Shown one piece after another: positions 61,172 through 64,000 of a DNA stretch of 64,000 nt. Location of the stretch: positions 9,672,001 through 9,736,000 of the forward strand of contig OZ024744.1 of assembly GCA_964016885.1 (NCBI GenBank), written 5' to 3'. This DNA comes from Eledone cirrhosa. Lineage: Eukaryota. The position numbers and the translations under genes were made by a program. The notes under the pieces were generated by a model. It was given only the letters and a program-made list of their open reading frames with translations. It had not been told where the DNA came from and searched no databases. Within the stretch, counting starts at the first letter, position 1. Every line of letters begins with the position of its first letter.

Positions 61172-63960
61172 TCAAGGATCAATTTCCCCCTCGTCCCTCT
61201 GCATATGAAAGTCTGCCGTCCAGGTCGGTGGTCTACGACTTCGTTGCGATCTTCGTAGTATTGGGGCAGGGCTCTGGGTTTCCACCTCATCTTGGGTTTC
61301 CTCTTCCTCGGAGTCCGTCGACACAGTGATTCTTCTTACATCCAGGACATGACGTGGTACCCCGTCCACGGACACATTGTTCTTTGAATTTACGGCCGTC
61401 ACCGTTCCCCTTCCCCATTGAGATGTGCACCGTGCATCTGTAGGCTTAACCCAGACTTCTTCGCCCCCCTGCACGAATGCACTCTCTCTCCCCACTGGCC
61501 GTTGTGGTGGCGTGCACGGGTGCCGCCACTCGTATTTGAATACTGCTCTGTGTGGCACCGATTCCTCGACCTGTCCAACCCGAGGGGACATATCGTACCA
61601 GAACACTGCCTCCATTGGTGAGATATGACCCCGCTCCGCCATTGCCTTGATCGTTGGGTGGTGTCGCTCCACGATTCCATTCCCGCTCGGCCTGTGCGCT
61701 GCTCTGAAGAAACGGTCCACCTTCCATCCCTCGAGCATCCCCCTCAGTGCCTCCGAGCGGAACGCTGCGCTGTTGTCCATCAGCAGTTCATCCACAGGGC
61801 CCCGCTCCAAGAACACCTCTCTCAACGTCCGCACGATTTCCTCGGCCGTTCCAGTCTTCATCTCCCTCCATATCGCCACTCGACCTGGTCCACAGTCGAC
61901 CATCGAGAGGTACGTTCCCTGCCGGTAGTGCGTCACATCCACCGCTAATCGCTTCCAGTCGCGATCCACCGGGAGGCTTCCCGTTTCGTGTACACCCGGG
62001 GCGGGATCAATGGACTGACATCGGACGCAGCCTCTAACCACCCCCCGAACACTGTGTCTGCTAACGTCCGAGTCGATTCTCCTGGCTAGGAACAGGCTCC
62101 TATCCACCCCCATGTGGTGCATGTCATGCAACCCCTTCAGGTCTAACTCGGTCAGCCGACACACGGCAGCTATCTCATCCTCTACCTCCCCCGGCGCTTC
62201 CATCCAGGCTTTCTTCACTCTAGTTAAGATGTCCGCCCTATTTTTCTCTGAAGGCACGAACACTACGCTCAGGTCGAACTCGGTGGCCAGCTCTCGTAAC
62301 GTTCCCAGGCGGCGCTTTATCAGCATCTCCGCCGCGCCTCTCGTTCGCACTCTCTTCTCATTGGTGAGCACTGATCTTACCCATCCGAGTACGGTAGCCG
62401 AGTCGGTGCGTATCTCGATGGTGCGCAGCCCCCACCGCAGAGCGAGGTTCACCCCTCTCAACACCGCGTCCAGCTCGGCCACATTGATGTGGCTGCAGTC
62501 GTCCTTCTTTCTAAGTCAGGCTGCATCCTCGACCTCAACACCTCCTATCTCCAACGTGACACCCAGCGCTATGCTGCTGGCATCGCACCATACGGTCCCG
62601 CTCCGTGATTTGGGAACGTACCAGCGTCCCCGCACTGGGTCGTCGGCCTTCACCCTCCCCACGATCTCCTGCATCATGGCCACCGTTCTCTCTCCCACTC
62701 TGTCACTCCAAGTCACCCCTCCCGCTCGTCTCTTGACATAGCTGCATGCCGTCCGGAGCCACCCAGCGATCGGGTAGTGACCCACCAGCTTTCCACACAC
62801 CGAGAAAAGCTCCCGCCTATTCATACTTGGGCCCAGTTCCGGAACTTCGTTTCCCCTCTGGAACACCAAAACGCCCGTCTTATCTCGCCGTAGCCTAAGT
62901 CCCAGCGCGGCTCCTCCCTCCAATGCTTCTGATGGCTTCGCAGTCAGTCCATACCTCTGCAAATGGCTCGTGACCTCCGCCGTCGACACCACCGACTCGT
63001 CCACTAGGATGTCGTCAATGTAGGAGTTAGTAGCCCTCTTTATCCTGTCGGCCCTCCCCAGAGCGGTCTTGAGGACCGCCGCCATGATCTTCGGTGCGGA
63101 GCTCAGTCCGAAACCGAGCCTGGTCAGGCAATATGTCCGGCCCTAAAAACCTGACCAGCTGATACCGCCAGAGCTTCTCATCTATATGCAACTGCAAGTA
63201 AGCCGACTTTAGATCCACGATCGCGTCATGCGTCTCCACTCACGCAGGGTTTCCCCACAGACATCCGTGACCTCGCCACCCGTGTGGCATGACACGTGCT
63301 CGTTCAGCTCTCGATAGTCCAGCACCGGCCTCACCTTGCTCTTCGTGGGTTGCACCACCGCCATTAACGGAAATACTCCGCACTTCAGCTCCTCCTTCCA
63401 GGGAAGCAGTATGCCCTCTTCGATCCATCTCTCTACTTCTCGCTCCTAGCATTTCCCTTCAATGTGTGTTGATAGTAGCCCACTTTGGTCTTCAGTGTTG
63501 GTGGTTCTCCCTTCCAGTACCACTCAACAACCCATCGCTGCCCATCAAACACGGCCTTGAAGTCTTTGTCCTGTACAGTGTAAGCGGGGTATTCCTCCTC
63601 GTGAGCCTTCTGGTTCTCATGACGTGCACTCACAGCGCATACCGATGCAGCGGCGCCAAACGACACACCGACATTGTTCACCGTGACGCCCCCTAGACGG
63701 CCAATCGCGTCCATGCCCATAACCACGCCGATCCCATCCACCACACTGTCTACCACGATGGCGGAAAGCCTTATCGTCCTTCCCCGTACCGCTATTTCCA
63801 TCTCGCTGCGACCTCGGCATTCAATTTTCCTGCCGTCGACTGCCCTTACGCTGCTCTTCCCTCCCCACCTCTGCGCCACCCCCGCGGTCATCAGTGTCGT
63901 CGTACAGCCCGTATCCACGAGGGCTCGCTGTGGCTTCCCCCTCACGAAGACTTCCACCAC
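61172..63960 (-). pseudogene. pol: Gypsy pol (PR-RT-RNaseH-IN), disrupted
   Basis: Pieces 63433-63960 (PR), 63027-63239 and 62516-63085 (RT/RH), and 61172-62482 (RH/IN). Frameshifts near 63445, 63225 and 63140, and an in-frame TGA at 62518-62516 (EDAA*LRKKDD, probably from TGG). Confidence 0.9.
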
Positions 63961-64000
63961 GGGCAGCGCCGCTACTCGTAAGGGGCAACTACCGGCGCAG

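Larger units (their letters stand above)
60879..64000 (-). mobile_element. Ty3/gypsy LTR retrotransposon (3' part; continues beyond window), inactivated
   Basis: Domain order on - strand: protease (ALVDTG), RT (IVDLKSAY, YIDDILV), RNase H (VWCDAS...AELDAV...IRTDS), integrase (HDMHH...CVRC zinc finger; AVDVT, LMDNS, NGIVER), then PPT and LTR. Confidence 0.95.

Noticed and set aside
61172-62482. Domesticated stand-alone integrase gene
   Set aside because: It is contiguous with a broken RT/RNase H, a PPT and an LTR. The ORF starts at GTG just after a premature stop in pol.

Overview
Repeat-dominated eukaryotic DNA, most likely from an octopod cephalopod. The protamine suggests Eledone, and the RTE LINE and SINE remnants look octopus-like. 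Layout: (1) about 23.4 kb of (TAGTG/TGGTG)n pentamer satellite that flips strand at ~23377; (2) a ~4.7 kb complex island (23760-28430); (3) a ~32.4 kb array of ~405 80-bp monomers copied from an RTE LINE coding segment; (4) a decayed Ty3/gypsy element with its 3' LTR, on the - strand. The island holds the only credible host gene: an intronless Arg/Lys/Cys-rich protamine precursor (26076-26438, -). Its C-terminal 84 aa fit the cysteine-rich sperm protamine (protein E) of Eledone cirrhosa as I recall it. The gene has a 36-aa pro-segment, a perfect CRE plus a CRE-like site just upstream, complementary 5'/3' flanks, and an ~870-bp fold-back palindrome downstream. Almost all long ORFs in the supplied track are satellite artefacts.
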